Source: an uncultured Chloroflexia bacterium
Lineage (GTDB): Bacteria > Chloroflexota > Chloroflexia > Thermomicrobiales > UBA6265
Assembly (NCBI GenBank): GCA_963750275.1
Contig: CAVVQC010000005.1
Location: 417,258 to 481,257, forward strand
Direction of reading: 5' to 3'
DNA: 64,000 nucleotides
Part shown: positions 1 to 9,581 of the stretch, piece by piece
Layout: every line of letters begins with the position of its first letter
How positions within the stretch are numbered: position 1 is the first letter of the stretch
Program-made: the position numbers and the translations under genes
The notes under the pieces: generated by a model
Seen by the model: only the letters and a program-made list of their open reading frames with translations
Databases searched by the model: none
Told to the model about the DNA's origin: nothing

Positions 1-18
1 GGCCAGCTGATCTGACCG

Positions 19-792
19 CTATCCCAGCACGTCTTCCAGAGTTTTCCGATCCCGGGTCGCCTGCTGCAAGATGAGGCTCAAATCGCTATTGCAGACGATA
101 AACCGGCAACCGAGATCGCCCCAGATTTTGAACGATGCGGCATCGCGACTGACCATGCCGACCGGCTTGCCGTGCTTTGCGCAGATCTCGTTAATCTTGC
201 CGATCGTTTCGCGGAATGTGGGATTGTCGAACTGGCCGTGAATCCCCATGTTGACCGAGAGGTCCTGGGGTCCGACACAGATCACATCGACTCCGTCGAC
301 CGAACAGATGGCATCGAGCTCGCCGATGGCGTCGGGATGCTCGATCTGCAAGACCACCATCGTCTCCGCATTGCCGTCCTCGACCGATTGCAACGCCGAT
401 TTCGCTTCGTAGAAGTTCCGGGCCATACCGCCAGCACCTCGACGCCCACGCGGTGGGTACTTGGCGAAGCTCACGGCCAACTCGGCTTGCTCCGCATTGT
501 CGACGCGCGGAATGATGATTCCCTGCGCGCCGGCATCGAGCGCTCTTGCCACCGATGCATAGGAGAGGTCGGTCACACGCACGAGCGGGGTCATGCCGTA
601 GAGGTGAGTGAGCTGCACCAGGTTGAGCAGATCGTCCCAATCGTAAAAGTTGTGCTCCATGTCCCACCAAAGGAAGTCGTGCCCGGCTTGCGCCAGCATG
701 GCGACCCCGCCAACGGTGCGAATTTCCTCGACGATGGGACCGCTGACCCATTTGCCTGCGGCCAGTTTTTGCTTCAGCGTGTTGGTTGCCAT
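19..792 (-). CDS. HpcH/HpaI-family (class II pyruvate) aldolase
   Basis: ORF 19..822(-). MATNTLKQKLAAGKWVSG...AGHDFLWWDMEH...GIIIPRVDNAEQAE matches the HpcH/HpaI aldolase pattern. The ATG at 792 is preferred over the GTG at 822. Confidence 0.8.
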   Translation of the reverse strand: MATNTLKQKLAAGKWVSGPIVEEIRTVGGVAMLAQAGHDFLWWDMEHNFYDWDDLLNLVQLTHLYGMTPLVRVTDLSYASVARALDAGAQGIIIPRVDNAEQAELAVSFAKYPPRGRRGAGGMARNFYEAKSALQSVEDGNAETMVVLQIEHPDAIGELDAICSVDGVDVICVGPQDLSVNMGIHGQFDNPTFRETIGKINEICAKHGKPVGMVSRDAASFKIWGDLGCRFIVCNSDLSLILQQATRDRKTLEDVLG

Positions 793-872
793 TTCCCGTA
801 CCCTCTCGCGAAGACGAATCACTTGGCGGCATTGTGGCAGACAAGCCGTTAACAGCAGAGGAAGGAATACCT

Positions 873-1619
873 ATGGACCCAATCGACCCACACGTGCTCG
901 AAGATCTCGCGCGCGCCAGCACCGCCACCATCACGACGCAACTTTTTCAACGAGGCTTTCGCAACACCTTCCTGAACGGCATCCGGCCATTGAATCCGAA
1001 TGCAGCACGTTTCGTGGGTGAGGCGGTCACGCTACGCAGCATTCCGGCGCGCGAGGATCTGGATGTGGTGAGCGCGTTCCAGGATCCGAATCATCCGCAG
1101 CGCAAAGCCATCGAATCGGTCGGTCCGGGTCAGGTGCTGGTGATGGATTGCCGGGGCGATCTGAGAGCGGCCAACGGCGGCGGCATTTTGACCACGCGCG
1201 CGATGAAGCGGGGCGCCGTTGGCATCGTCAGCGATGGGGCGTTTCGCGATTCGCCGGAGATCGGCCGGATGAGCTTCCCGGTCTTCGCAGCGGGCGCGTC
1301 GGCAACCATCAGCCTGGCGGTGCATCACGCGGTCGATATCAATGTACCGATCGGGTGCGCAGGGGTTCCCGTTTACCCAGGCGACATCCTGGTCGGCGAC
1401 GAAGAGGGCGTGGTGGTCATCCCACGTCATCTGGCAGCCGAGATCGCCGCACCAGCGGCAGAGCAGGAAGCGTTCGAGGTGTTCATCCTCAAGAAGATCG
1501 AATCTGGCGCTCCCCTCCCCGGTACCTATCCAGCCAACGAGGAGACGAAAGCCGAGTACGAAGCGTACAAAGCCGAACAGCGGACGTCGGAGTACGAGGC
1601 CTACCGATTCGAGCGGTAG
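873..1619 (+). CDS. RraA-family protein / 4-hydroxy-4-methyl-2-oxoglutarate aldolase-like
   Basis: ORF 786..1619(+). ATITTQLFQRGF...GQVLVMDCRGDLRAANGGGILTTRAMKRGAVGIVSDGAFRD is the RraA/HMG-aldolase signature. The ATG at 873 is preceded by GAGGAAGGAA. Confidence 0.75.
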   Translation: MDPIDPHVLEDLARASTATITTQLFQRGFRNTFLNGIRPLNPNAARFVGEAVTLRSIPAREDLDVVSAFQDPNHPQRKAIESVGPGQVLVMDCRGDLRAANGGGILTTRAMKRGAVGIVSDGAFRDSPEIGRMSFPVFAAGASATISLAVHHAVDINVPIGCAGVPVYPGDILVGDEEGVVVIPRHLAAEIAAPAAEQEAFEVFILKKIESGAPLPGTYPANEETKAEYEAYKAEQRTSEYEAYRFER

Positions 1620-1628
1620 TCCCCCATC

Positions 1629-1709
1629 GTCATCCTGAACGAAGTGAAGGATCTCTCCTCGTTTCCGGGTCCCGGAGACGGAGAGATCCTTCGCGTTGCT
1701 CAGGATGAC
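1629..1709. repeat. 81-nt near-perfect palindrome (REP-like element, probable bidirectional terminator) between convergent genes
   Basis: Left arm GTCATCCTGAACGAAGTGAAGGATCTCTCC (1629-1658) pairs with right arm GGAGAGATCCTTCGCGTTGCTCAGGATGAC (1680-1709). The inner stem is GTTTCCGGG/CCCGGAGAC. Translation gives the spurious peptides ERSEGSL and LRVAQDD that are typical of this kind of extragenic palindrome. Confidence 0.6.
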
Positions 1710-1751
1710 ACGTGTTGGAAACAGGCTTCCGAAGAAACGTGCAGGCCGAGA

Positions 1752-2657
1752 CTACGCTTCCGCTTCGCCGATCTGGAAGTTCGCCAGGTCCTCATAGATG
1801 GTCACCAGCGACGAGTGATCGAGCTGGCCCCGCCCAGCGACCGACAGTGCCTCGAAGAGCTGCTGCACGAGCGCGGTGACCGGCAATGGCACGCCGGAGG
1901 TCTTGCCAGCGTTCATGGCGATGTTGAGGTCCTTGCGATGCAGATCGACCCGGAACCCGGGCGCGAACTTGCGGGTGATGACGTTCTGGCCCTTGAGCTC
2001 CATGACGCGGCTGTTGGCAAGTCCGCCTCCGAGCACTTGCAGGATCTTGGCGGGATCAACCCCCGCTTTCGCACCCAGAATGAAGGCTTCGCTCATGGCG
2101 GCGTAGTTGATGGCAACCATGACCTGATTACACGCCTTCACGACCTGACCAGCACCAGATTCGCCCACATGCACGATGGTCTTGCCCATCTTCTCGAACA
2201 GCGGCATGGCGCGTTCGACATCTTCGGTCGTGCCACCAACCATGATGCTCAACGCGGCGTTGACCGCTCCGGCTTCGCCACCGCTCACCGGCGCATCGAG
2301 CGCGTGAGCGCCAACTCCGGCCAGCGCGGTCGAGATATCGATGGCGGTGGCAGGAGCAATCGTGCTCATGTCGATGAGCAGCGATCCTTCGCCCATCGTC
2401 TCGATGAGACCATTGGTTCCCAGCACCACTTCGCTCACCTGGGGTGAGTCGGGCAGCATCGTGATGACGATCTTCGCTTTTTCGCCGACCTCTTTCGGGG
2501 TCGCCGCAGCAATGAACTTGTCCGACTCAGCGGTGAAGGTCTGGATCGTCTCATGGTTCAGGGTGTGTATCACCACGTCATAGCCTGCGTTCACCAGATG
2601 ACGCGCCATCGGCTTCCCCATGATCCCCAGTCCGATGAATCCAACGGTTTCCGCCAT
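1752..2657 (-). CDS. 2-hydroxy-3-oxopropionate (tartronate semialdehyde) reductase / 3-hydroxyisobutyrate dehydrogenase family
   Basis: ORF 1752..2657(-). It has the N-terminal Rossmann motif VGFIGLGIMGKPMARHL and is beta-hydroxyacid dehydrogenase-like along its whole length. It lies directly downstream of hyi. Confidence 0.85.
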   Translation of the reverse strand: MAETVGFIGLGIMGKPMARHLVNAGYDVVIHTLNHETIQTFTAESDKFIAAATPKEVGEKAKIVITMLPDSPQVSEVVLGTNGLIETMGEGSLLIDMSTIAPATAIDISTALAGVGAHALDAPVSGGEAGAVNAALSIMVGGTTEDVERAMPLFEKMGKTIVHVGESGAGQVVKACNQVMVAINYAAMSEAFILGAKAGVDPAKILQVLGGGLANSRVMELKGQNVITRKFAPGFRVDLHRKDLNIAMNAGKTSGVPLPVTALVQQLFEALSVAGRGQLDHSSLVTIYEDLANFQIGEAEA

Positions 2658-2728
2658 GAGCGAGATCCTTTCAAGTGACGAGAGTGAAGTAACGAGAGGG
2701 CAGGGACGCCCTGCTCTACGAGTGGGAA

Positions 2729-3514
2729 CTAAACGTCGAATCCAAATGGTTTCAGCCAGCCGAGACTGGCTTCGGTGGTGCTGGAAGGTGTGTACTCGAG
2801 CGAGACCCAGCCCTCGTAGCCAAGTGCGTCGATCTGGTCGAATACGTAGTCAAAGTTGATCTCGCCGGTACCCGGTTCGTGCCGGTCGGGGCTGTCCGCA
2901 ATCTGGATATGCCCGATTTGCCCGATATGGTCGGCAAAGAAGGCGATGAGATTTCCTTCCATCCGCTGCTGGTGATAGAAGTCGTATTGCAGCCTCAGGT
3001 TGGGATGACCGATTTCTTCGATCAGGGCGAGCATCTGTGTGGATGTCGGCACCAGAAAATCGGGCGTGTCCTTGGCATTGAGCGGTTCGAGGCAGAGCGT
3101 CACCCCCTGCGTCTCGGTGGCGGTTGCGGCGTACGTCAGATTTGCCTTGACCGTCTCGAATTGCGAGGAGATGGGGATGTCGGACAGCCGTCGCCCGACA
3201 ATGCTGTTGAAGCGGGGCGCAGGGAGAATCTTCTGCACCGAAAGCGCCAGATCGACCGCCGCACGATATTCGTCCACCCGGCGCGGATCGTTGGCAAAAC
3301 CCCGGTCTCCAGCCGCGACATTGCCAGCCGGAACGTTGAACAGGACCAAGGCGACTCCCCGGTTATCGAGGGTCGATTTGATGGCGTCCAGGTCTTCGCC
3401 ATAGGGATAGAGAATCTCGACGCCGGTAAATCCGGCATCGGCAGCACGCTCGATCCGCTCGAGGAGCGGATACTCCTGATACAACATGTTCAAATTGGCG
3501 GCAAACTTCGGCAT
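2729..3514 (-). CDS. hyi: hydroxypyruvate isomerase
   Basis: MPKFAANLNMLYQEY...LQYDFYHQQRMEGNL...HIQIADSPDRHEPGTGEINFDYVF aligns by eye along its length with E. coli Hyi. The ATG at 3514 is preceded by GGGAG. Confidence 0.88.
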   Translation of the reverse strand: MPKFAANLNMLYQEYPLLERIERAADAGFTGVEILYPYGEDLDAIKSTLDNRGVALVLFNVPAGNVAAGDRGFANDPRRVDEYRAAVDLALSVQKILPAPRFNSIVGRRLSDIPISSQFETVKANLTYAATATETQGVTLCLEPLNAKDTPDFLVPTSTQMLALIEEIGHPNLRLQYDFYHQQRMEGNLIAFFADHIGQIGHIQIADSPDRHEPGTGEINFDYVFDQIDALGYEGWVSLEYTPSSTTEASLGWLKPFGFDV

Positions 3515-3603
3515 CGATCGCTCCCGCGGCGTTCTCGGCATCGTTGTCACGCCATGCTATGCGGGAAGAGAAGTGCGGTCAACTCAGGTACAAGGAGTCA
3601 CTG

Positions 3604-5253
3604 GTGATTCGATCGAGTCTGGCCGTAACGCGGCTCTTGCGGGATCGGGGTGTGAAATACGCGTTCGGCGTGCCCGGGGAAAGTTTCCTCGGATTGCTCG
3701 ATGCGCTTTATGACACGCCGGAAATCGATCTGGTCACGTGCCGGCATGAGGGTGGCGCGGCATTTATGGCGGACGCGGCGGCCAAGCTGATCGGTCAGCC
3801 GTCGATCTGCATGGGGACCCGTGGGGTCGGTAGCGCCAATCTGGCGATCGGCATTCACACCGCCTATCAGGATTCGACCCCAATGCTGGCGATGGTCGGG
3901 CAGGTGGAAACGCCCTACCGCCACCGGGAAGCGTTGCAGGAGGTCGAGCTGGCTTCCTTTCTGGGCGAGATCACCAAATGGTCCGTCGAGCCACCGAGCG
4001 CGTCGGAGCTTCCACGCCTGGTAAGCGAAGCCTATCGCTTGAGCATGAGCGGCCGGCCGGGTCCAGTCGGTATCGTCTTGCGGGGCGACATCCTGGAAGA
4101 AGACATCCCGGAACCAGACCTGCCGATCACGGCATCGATCGAAACCGCGGTCAGCCCGAAAGTAGCGAGTGCGGTCGTCGCGCTACTCAGGAACGCGAAA
4201 CAACCAGTCATCGTCGCCGGCGGCGGAGTCCTGCGGGCGCAGGCGGTGGGCGCACTGGTCGAAGTTGCCGAGCGGATGGGCATCCCGGTCGCCACCGCAT
4301 TCCGGCGACTGGACGCGTTTCCGACCGATCATCCGCTCTCGCTGGGCTCGCTCTCGTTCGGCACGCCCAAGCTGATCAAAGACCGCCTGGCTGCCGCCGA
4401 TGTGGTGCTTGCGCTTGGCACGCGGTTGAATGAAACCACCACCCTCGGCTATACGATTCCCTCACCAGGCACGAAATTGATTCATATCGACATCGATCCA
4501 GAAGAAGTCGGAAAGACGTTTCCGGCCACGATCGGCATCGCCGCCGATGCGCTGGTTGCGTTGGGAGCCATCGGCAATGCCGCGCAGGAGGTTTCCTGGC
4601 CCGATCGGTCCGCCGAACAGATGACCCTGAAAGCCGAGCTGACCAAGCTGCTCGATGCGCCCTCGGTCGCGACTAACAAGGGTGTCGACCCCGCGGTGGT
4701 GATGCGCGAGCTGGGCCGCCAGCTCCCCGATCGCTCAGTGCTTACCAGCGACGCCGGAAACTTCTGGACCTGGGCCCAACGCTACGGTTCGTTCAAGCAC
4801 CCGGGGACATTCCTCGGGCCGATCTCAGGCGCAATGGGGTACGCGGTGCCGTCGGCGGTCGCCGCGGCCATCGTGCGCGATTCCGCCGTCCCGGCAGTAT
4901 CGCTTTCGGGCGACGGCGGGTTCCTGATGACCGCGAATGAGCTGGCTACGGCTGCGCAGCGTAATCTGCGCGTGATCTGCGTCGTCTTCAACAACGGCAT
5001 CTACGGCACGATTCGCGCGCACCAGGAACGGGAATTCCCCGGCCGGGTGAGCGGCACCGATATCTGGCAACCGGATCTGATCAAATTTGCCGAAGCGTTC
5101 GGCGGACTCGGGATCCGGGTCGAGCGGAACGACCAGGCGGCCGACGCCGTTGCCGCGGCCAATGCGCATCCGGGGATCACGATCCTCGATGTCACGGTCG
5201 ATCCGGAGAATATCTCGGCCGGCGTTTCCATGTCCTCGATCTCGAAGCGATAA
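3604..5253 (+). CDS. thiamine-diphosphate-dependent enzyme (acetolactate synthase / glyoxylate carboligase superfamily)
   Basis: ORF 3544..5253(+). The motifs GVKYAFGVPGESFLGLLDAL, CRHEGGAAFMADA and SLSGDGGFLMTANELATA (TPP-binding GDG) are present. The GTG at 3604 sits 6 nt after AAGGAG. Confidence 0.8.
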   Translation: MIRSSLAVTRLLRDRGVKYAFGVPGESFLGLLDALYDTPEIDLVTCRHEGGAAFMADAAAKLIGQPSICMGTRGVGSANLAIGIHTAYQDSTPMLAMVGQVETPYRHREALQEVELASFLGEITKWSVEPPSASELPRLVSEAYRLSMSGRPGPVGIVLRGDILEEDIPEPDLPITASIETAVSPKVASAVVALLRNAKQPVIVAGGGVLRAQAVGALVEVAERMGIPVATAFRRLDAFPTDHPLSLGSLSFGTPKLIKDRLAAADVVLALGTRLNETTTLGYTIPSPGTKLIHIDIDPEEVGKTFPATIGIAADALVALGAIGNAAQEVSWPDRSAEQMTLKAELTKLLDAPSVATNKGVDPAVVMRELGRQLPDRSVLTSDAGNFWTWAQRYGSFKHPGTFLGPISGAMGYAVPSAVAAAIVRDSAVPAVSLSGDGGFLMTANELATAAQRNLRVICVVFNNGIYGTIRAHQEREFPGRVSGTDIWQPDLIKFAEAFGGLGIRVERNDQAADAVAAANAHPGITILDVTVDPENISAGVSMSSISKR

Positions 5254-5266
5254 AGAAGCTTTTCTC

Positions 5267-7225
5267 ATGGGAGTAGTGAACTTCGTGACTCAGAAACCAC
5301 TCAAAGCAAAGAAGATTGTCGACCGGCTCGTCCCACGCTCACCTGTCATCAGCCAGAACGGCAAGATGATCGCGTTTGAAGTCGCACCGTGGGGGTACAA
5401 AGGCAAGACCGCGAACCGCGCCATCTGGGTTTCCCATGAAGGGGGGCAAGCACGTAAATTTACCTCTGGGAAGGCCGTCGATAGCAATCCCGCCTGGTCG
5501 CCGGATGGGTCGAAGCTCGCGTTTCTTTCCAATCGCAACGACGACGAAAAGAGCCAGATCTTTCTGATCGACTTGGCTGGCGGGGAAGCAACCGCGCTCG
5601 GCAAGCTCAGCGGCGAGCTGAGCAACTTGCAGTGGTCGCGGGACGGTTCGGAGCTCTCTGTGCTGCGCCGGCAACCAGAGACGAAAAAACGCAAAAAGCG
5701 GAACAAGAAGCGAGACGACGCGATCGTGGTCGACGGCGAACCGCGCTACAACCGGCTCAGTTTCGTAAACGTGGAAACTGGCGAGTCACGCAAGGTCGAT
5801 TCCGGAGACCGTGAGATCTGGGACTACACCTGGTCGCTGGATGGCGCACAACTCGCGTATTCCACTGCCGAAGCAGTAGGGGAAGACGCGCCGATGTCTC
5901 GCGGCGACATCTGGCTGGTTGGCAGGGACGGGCAAGATCCGCGCCACGTGGTCGAAGTCAACGAGACGCCGATAGGACTAGCGTTTGTCCAGGGACCCAA
6001 TGGCCCTGCCTTGGCGATTCGCAAAAGCGGATTTCGTGAGCATCCGGCGGTATCGGTCTATCTGGTCGATCTCGAAACCGGTGACCTCACCGATCTGTTG
6101 CCAGAATTCCCGGGCAATGTGGACTGGCTCGGCGCGCTCCCGAAAGCGCCCGGCTCGATTGCAATCCAGACAGCCGAGGGCGTCCATACAAATCTTTACC
6201 GCCTCGATATCGGGACAGGTGAACGCACGTCCGTCCTGCCAGCATCGCTCACGAAACACGGTGCGCTTCCCTATCCTCCCAGTGTCTGTTCCGATGGCGA
6301 TACTGTGGCCGCACTCTGGTCGAGCAGCGACGTTCCGGAAGAGATCTATCTGATCGACGATGCGGGCGAGCCGGTCAAACTGACCGATTTCGGCAAAGAC
6401 TGGGAAGGCAAGCTGCGGCCCAGCGAGGAGATCTCCTGGATGTCCGACGATCTGGAGATCTTCGGGCTGCTGACCCTGCCGGAGCGTGAGGACGACAGCC
6501 CTCTGCCGCTGGTCGTGCAGATTCACGGCGGACCATCCTGGCAATGGCAGGACATGTGTTTTCTGGACTGGCATGACTGGACACAATATCTGGTCTCCCG
6601 CGGGTTCGCGGTGCTGACGCCGAACCCGCGCGGGAGCACCGGACGCGGTTCTGAGTTCCAGCGCCGCCTGATCGACGATGTCGGAGGCGGGGAAATGCGG
6701 GATGTGATTGCCGGAGCGCAGGCGCTGGTCGATCGTGGGATTGCCGATCCGGAACGATTGGGCGTCGGCGGGTGGAGCTGGGGTGGCTATCTGACCGCCT
6801 TCACGATCACCCAGACCCAGATGTTCAAAGCCGCGGTCATGGGCGCCGGTCTTTCGAATATGATCTCTGACCACGGCACTGACGACATTCCTTCGGCAAA
6901 TCTCTACTACTACCCCGGTTTGCCCTATCACCATCTCGATACCTACTGGGAATCGTCAGCCATCAAGCACATCACCAACTGCGTGACTCCAACCCTGATC
7001 GTGCACGGTGAATCCGACGACCGCGTGCATGTCACACAGGGCGCGGAGATGTATCGCGCGCTCAAATCGCTCGAGATTCCCGTCTCGTTCGTGCGATATC
7101 CACGCGAGCCACACGGGTTCAAAGAGCGCAACCATCAGATCGATCTGCTCACCCGCATCGGCGACTGGTTCGAGCAGTGGCTCATGCCGGAAACCGAGAA
7201 CATCGACGAAAGCAGCGAGGAGTAA
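5267..7225 (+). CDS. S9-family serine peptidase (prolyl oligopeptidase / acylaminoacyl-peptidase type) with N-terminal beta-propeller
   Basis: ORF 5087..7225(+) with an ATG at 5267. The N-terminal repeats (NPAWSPDGSKLAF) are TolB-like. The C-terminal part has the hydrolase nucleophile elbow GGWSWGGYLT, then HGESDDRV and EPHGF. Confidence 0.85.
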   Translation: MGVVNFVTQKPLKAKKIVDRLVPRSPVISQNGKMIAFEVAPWGYKGKTANRAIWVSHEGGQARKFTSGKAVDSNPAWSPDGSKLAFLSNRNDDEKSQIFLIDLAGGEATALGKLSGELSNLQWSRDGSELSVLRRQPETKKRKKRNKKRDDAIVVDGEPRYNRLSFVNVETGESRKVDSGDREIWDYTWSLDGAQLAYSTAEAVGEDAPMSRGDIWLVGRDGQDPRHVVEVNETPIGLAFVQGPNGPALAIRKSGFREHPAVSVYLVDLETGDLTDLLPEFPGNVDWLGALPKAPGSIAIQTAEGVHTNLYRLDIGTGERTSVLPASLTKHGALPYPPSVCSDGDTVAALWSSSDVPEEIYLIDDAGEPVKLTDFGKDWEGKLRPSEEISWMSDDLEIFGLLTLPEREDDSPLPLVVQIHGGPSWQWQDMCFLDWHDWTQYLVSRGFAVLTPNPRGSTGRGSEFQRRLIDDVGGGEMRDVIAGAQALVDRGIADPERLGVGGWSWGGYLTAFTITQTQMFKAAVMGAGLSNMISDHGTDDIPSANLYYYPGLPYHHLDTYWESSAIKHITNCVTPTLIVHGESDDRVHVTQGAEMYRALKSLEIPVSFVRYPREPHGFKERNHQIDLLTRIGDWFEQWLMPETENIDESSEE

Positions 7226-7310
7226 CGCGTTGATTTTGTGACCGGTGGGGCTGTTGCCACTGGGAACTCTTCCCCGAGGCGTACGCTCCCCTCGATGTCG
7301 ATAAAACGAA

Positions 7311-7336
7311 AGGCGGCCGAAGAGTTTCGGCCGCCT
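7311..7336 (-). terminator. Rho-independent terminator between convergent peptidase genes
   Basis: There is an 11-bp stem AGGCGGCCGAA/TTCGGCCGCCT with loop GAGT. On the minus strand it is followed by TTCGTTTTAT. Confidence 0.6.
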
Positions 7337-7385
7337 GTATCGATCCTCGTTCACGCGCTCAGCGTTGACAGTCCCGGACTGGTTG

Positions 7386-8570
7386 CTATCCCAGGAGCAA
7401 TCGCTCGATGGTCGCAGCGTAGACGTTGGCTTCGGCGACCAGATCGTCGATATAGCCCGCTTCGTTGGCCCCATGGGCGGCTTCGCCCCCAGGTCCAAAT
7501 CCAACGGTATCGACGCCGGCCTGCCGGTAAAATCGTCCGTCGGTGGCACCTGCCCAGGCAACGAAGAATTCCGGTTCCACACCGAGCTCGTCACGCACCG
7601 CTTGCTGCACGGCTTGGACCAGCGGCGAATCCTCCTCGGTGATGTTGGCCGGGATGAAATCGCCGTGCGGATCTTCGATCAGGGTGTACTTGAAGTCGGG
7701 GTCGTCGGCCGCAACTGCATCGAGCGCAGCCCGGATTTCGGCCACCACCGATTCGCGGGTTTCGCCCGGAATCAGGCGCCGATCGACATGAATCTTCGCT
7801 TCGCCAGGCACCACATTGTGCGCGACGCCAGCTTCGATCATGTTGACGCTGATAACCGGCTTACCAACCGCAGGATGGAACTTGTCGATATCGCCTTCCA
7901 GCGCGAGGATCCCTTTGGCGGCTTTGGCCAGTGCATTGATGCCCGTCGCGCGCGCGGCAGCCGTATGACTGGCGCGGCCATGGAAGACGATCTGGAGCTG
8001 AAAGAGACCGCGCTCGGCGTTGCGCACCTTGAGGTCGCTCTTTTCACCGATCAGGCAGTAGTCGGGTTTGATCAGCCGGCCAGCCGCTATCTCGTCCATC
8101 AGGAAGACCGTACCCTGCGAACCGCCCGTCTCCTCATCGGAGACCACGTGGGCCTGCAGGCGTCCCTTGAGTGATGCGTCCTTGAACAGGCGCATCATCA
8201 ACATCATCACGCCCGTGGAGGATTTCATATCCGACGCGCCACGACCGAAGATCTTTTTGCCGTCTTCACTAATCCGCGGTTCGTATGGGCCGGAGATCCA
8301 GGAATCCGGATCGGACACCGGCACGGTATCGAGGTGCCCGTTCATGACCAGGGTTGGGCCCTCGTCGTTACCGATGCTGATGATCACGTTCGGCTGCTGA
8401 GGATTCTTCGTAAGGACCTCGTACGGCAACCCGTGTCGGTCGCACCAGTCGGTGACGTAGGCCATGATGGTTACTTCGGTGCCGGTGGGCGATGGAATGG
8501 CGATTAGCTCGCTTGCCAGCTCGACGATTTCTTCCCGGCTCAATCGCCGTCCGCTCGATTCCACTGCCAA
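7386..8570 (-). CDS. M20-family metallopeptidase (ArgE/DapE/acetylornithine deacetylase type)
   Basis: ORF 7386..8768(-). The motifs LVMNGHLDTVPV and GRGASDMKS (M20 metal and catalytic motifs) are present. The start is uncertain. TTG at 8570 or GTG at 8564, after GAAAGAAAGGA, is favoured over the long upstream extension. Confidence 0.8.
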   Translation of the reverse strand: MAVESSGRRLSREEIVELASELIAIPSPTGTEVTIMAYVTDWCDRHGLPYEVLTKNPQQPNVIISIGNDEGPTLVMNGHLDTVPVSDPDSWISGPYEPRISEDGKKIFGRGASDMKSSTGVMMLMMRLFKDASLKGRLQAHVVSDEETGGSQGTVFLMDEIAAGRLIKPDYCLIGEKSDLKVRNAERGLFQLQIVFHGRASHTAAARATGINALAKAAKGILALEGDIDKFHPAVGKPVISVNMIEAGVAHNVVPGEAKIHVDRRLIPGETRESVVAEIRAALDAVAADDPDFKYTLIEDPHGDFIPANITEEDSPLVQAVQQAVRDELGVEPEFFVAWAGATDGRFYRQAGVDTVGFGPGGEAAHGANEAGYIDDLVAEANVYAATIERLLLG

Positions 8571-8819
8571 TCTTTGGTCCTTTCTTTCCGGTGTTGCGTA
8601 CCGGGACAACCCAAGGTCGACATCTTGGGCCACTACCCCAGGGCGACGCAGGATTCCGATCGTCGTAGTGCCGGAATCATGGCCACCGCCCACGCAGGGG
8701 GAAGATCTTTCATTCTTCAGGATGACAGATTTGGGTAAGCAGCGCTCTGGGAAATCATCGATTCCCACGCGGAGTATGAACGCGCAACATCGAGCGTTCA
8801 GAAGACCGTCAGGCGTACG

Positions 8820-9191
8820 TTATCCGTTAGAGGCAGCTCCATCCGGGGCCACTGGTTCGTGCATGATGCGCTCGAAACGGGAGACATTGGCCACGAACAC
8901 GATCGCGCCACCGACCTCGACTTCGAAGTTCTCCGGCATATAGAGCAGACCGGGTTCGAGGGCCGGCGAGTACGGCACCGCTATCTGGGTGCGACGGTGG
9001 CAGGTGCGTTTCAGCAACTCCATCACCCCGGCCACTTTCTCGTCTTCGATACCAATGAGCAGGCTTGTGTTTCCCATGCGCAGGAACGAGCCCGACGTGC
9101 TGACCTTGGTGAAACGAATGCTGTTGTCGATCAGCTCGGTGGTCAGGGCCTCGATGTCTTCGTCCTGGACGACGGCAATGATCAGCTTCAT
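8820..9191 (-). CDS. darA: PII-like cyclic-di-AMP receptor (YaaQ/DarA family)
   Basis: MKLIIAVVQDEDIEALTTELIDNSIRFTKVSTSGSFLRMGNTSLLIGIEDEKV...EVEVGGAIVFV aligns by eye with B. subtilis DarA/YaaQ. The ATG at 9191 is preceded by GGAGAAAGGAG. Confidence 0.85.
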   Translation of the reverse strand: MKLIIAVVQDEDIEALTTELIDNSIRFTKVSTSGSFLRMGNTSLLIGIEDEKVAGVMELLKRTCHRRTQIAVPYSPALEPGLLYMPENFEVEVGGAIVFVANVSRFERIMHEPVAPDGAASNG

Positions 9192-9294
9192 CGCCTTGCT
9201 CCTTTCTCCGTGATAGGAAAAATGGCGACACGACCAGCCTCGCGTTGCCTGTGAAACCCGCCATGCCATGATGCTCGATACTGTGCAGCGGTTT

Positions 9295-9555
9295 TCAGTC
9301 TAGCAGGTGAGACGATCTCAGCCGATAGAAAAGAGCGTCACCGTGGTCAACACCGCCGTCGAGATGCTGAATCTTCCCCATCACGATATCGCCAATTTCC
9401 TTGGGCCCCGGCGCCTCTAGAACCGCGACGACATCATAGCTTCCCGCCACCGCGTCAACCTCGAGAATGCCGCCTTCCAGACCCCAACCGCGCAGCTCAT
9501 CCTGAATATCAGGGGAGGCACCCACGCGGGAAGTCATCAGCACATACGCCTTCAT
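9295..9555 (-). CDS. stand-alone Lrp/AsnC ligand-binding (RAM) domain protein
   Basis: MKAYVLMTSRVGASPDIQDEL...GSYDVVAVLEAPGPKEIGDIVMGKI fits the AsnC_trans_reg pattern. The ATG at 9555 is preceded by GAGGTAGAG. Confidence 0.6.
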   Translation of the reverse strand: MKAYVLMTSRVGASPDIQDELRGWGLEGGILEVDAVAGSYDVVAVLEAPGPKEIGDIVMGKIQHLDGGVDHGDALFYRLRSSHLLD

Positions 9556-9581
9556 ACGCTCTACCTCGCTCGTACAGCCTG

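Noticed and set aside
2695-2719. GC-rich hairpin (GCAGGG-ACG-CCCTGC, extendable with a bulge) between hyi and the reductase gene as a terminator.
   Set aside because: The stem is short and bulged with a weak U-tract, and the two genes are probably co-transcribed. At best it is an attenuating or processing structure, so it is not listed as a feature.
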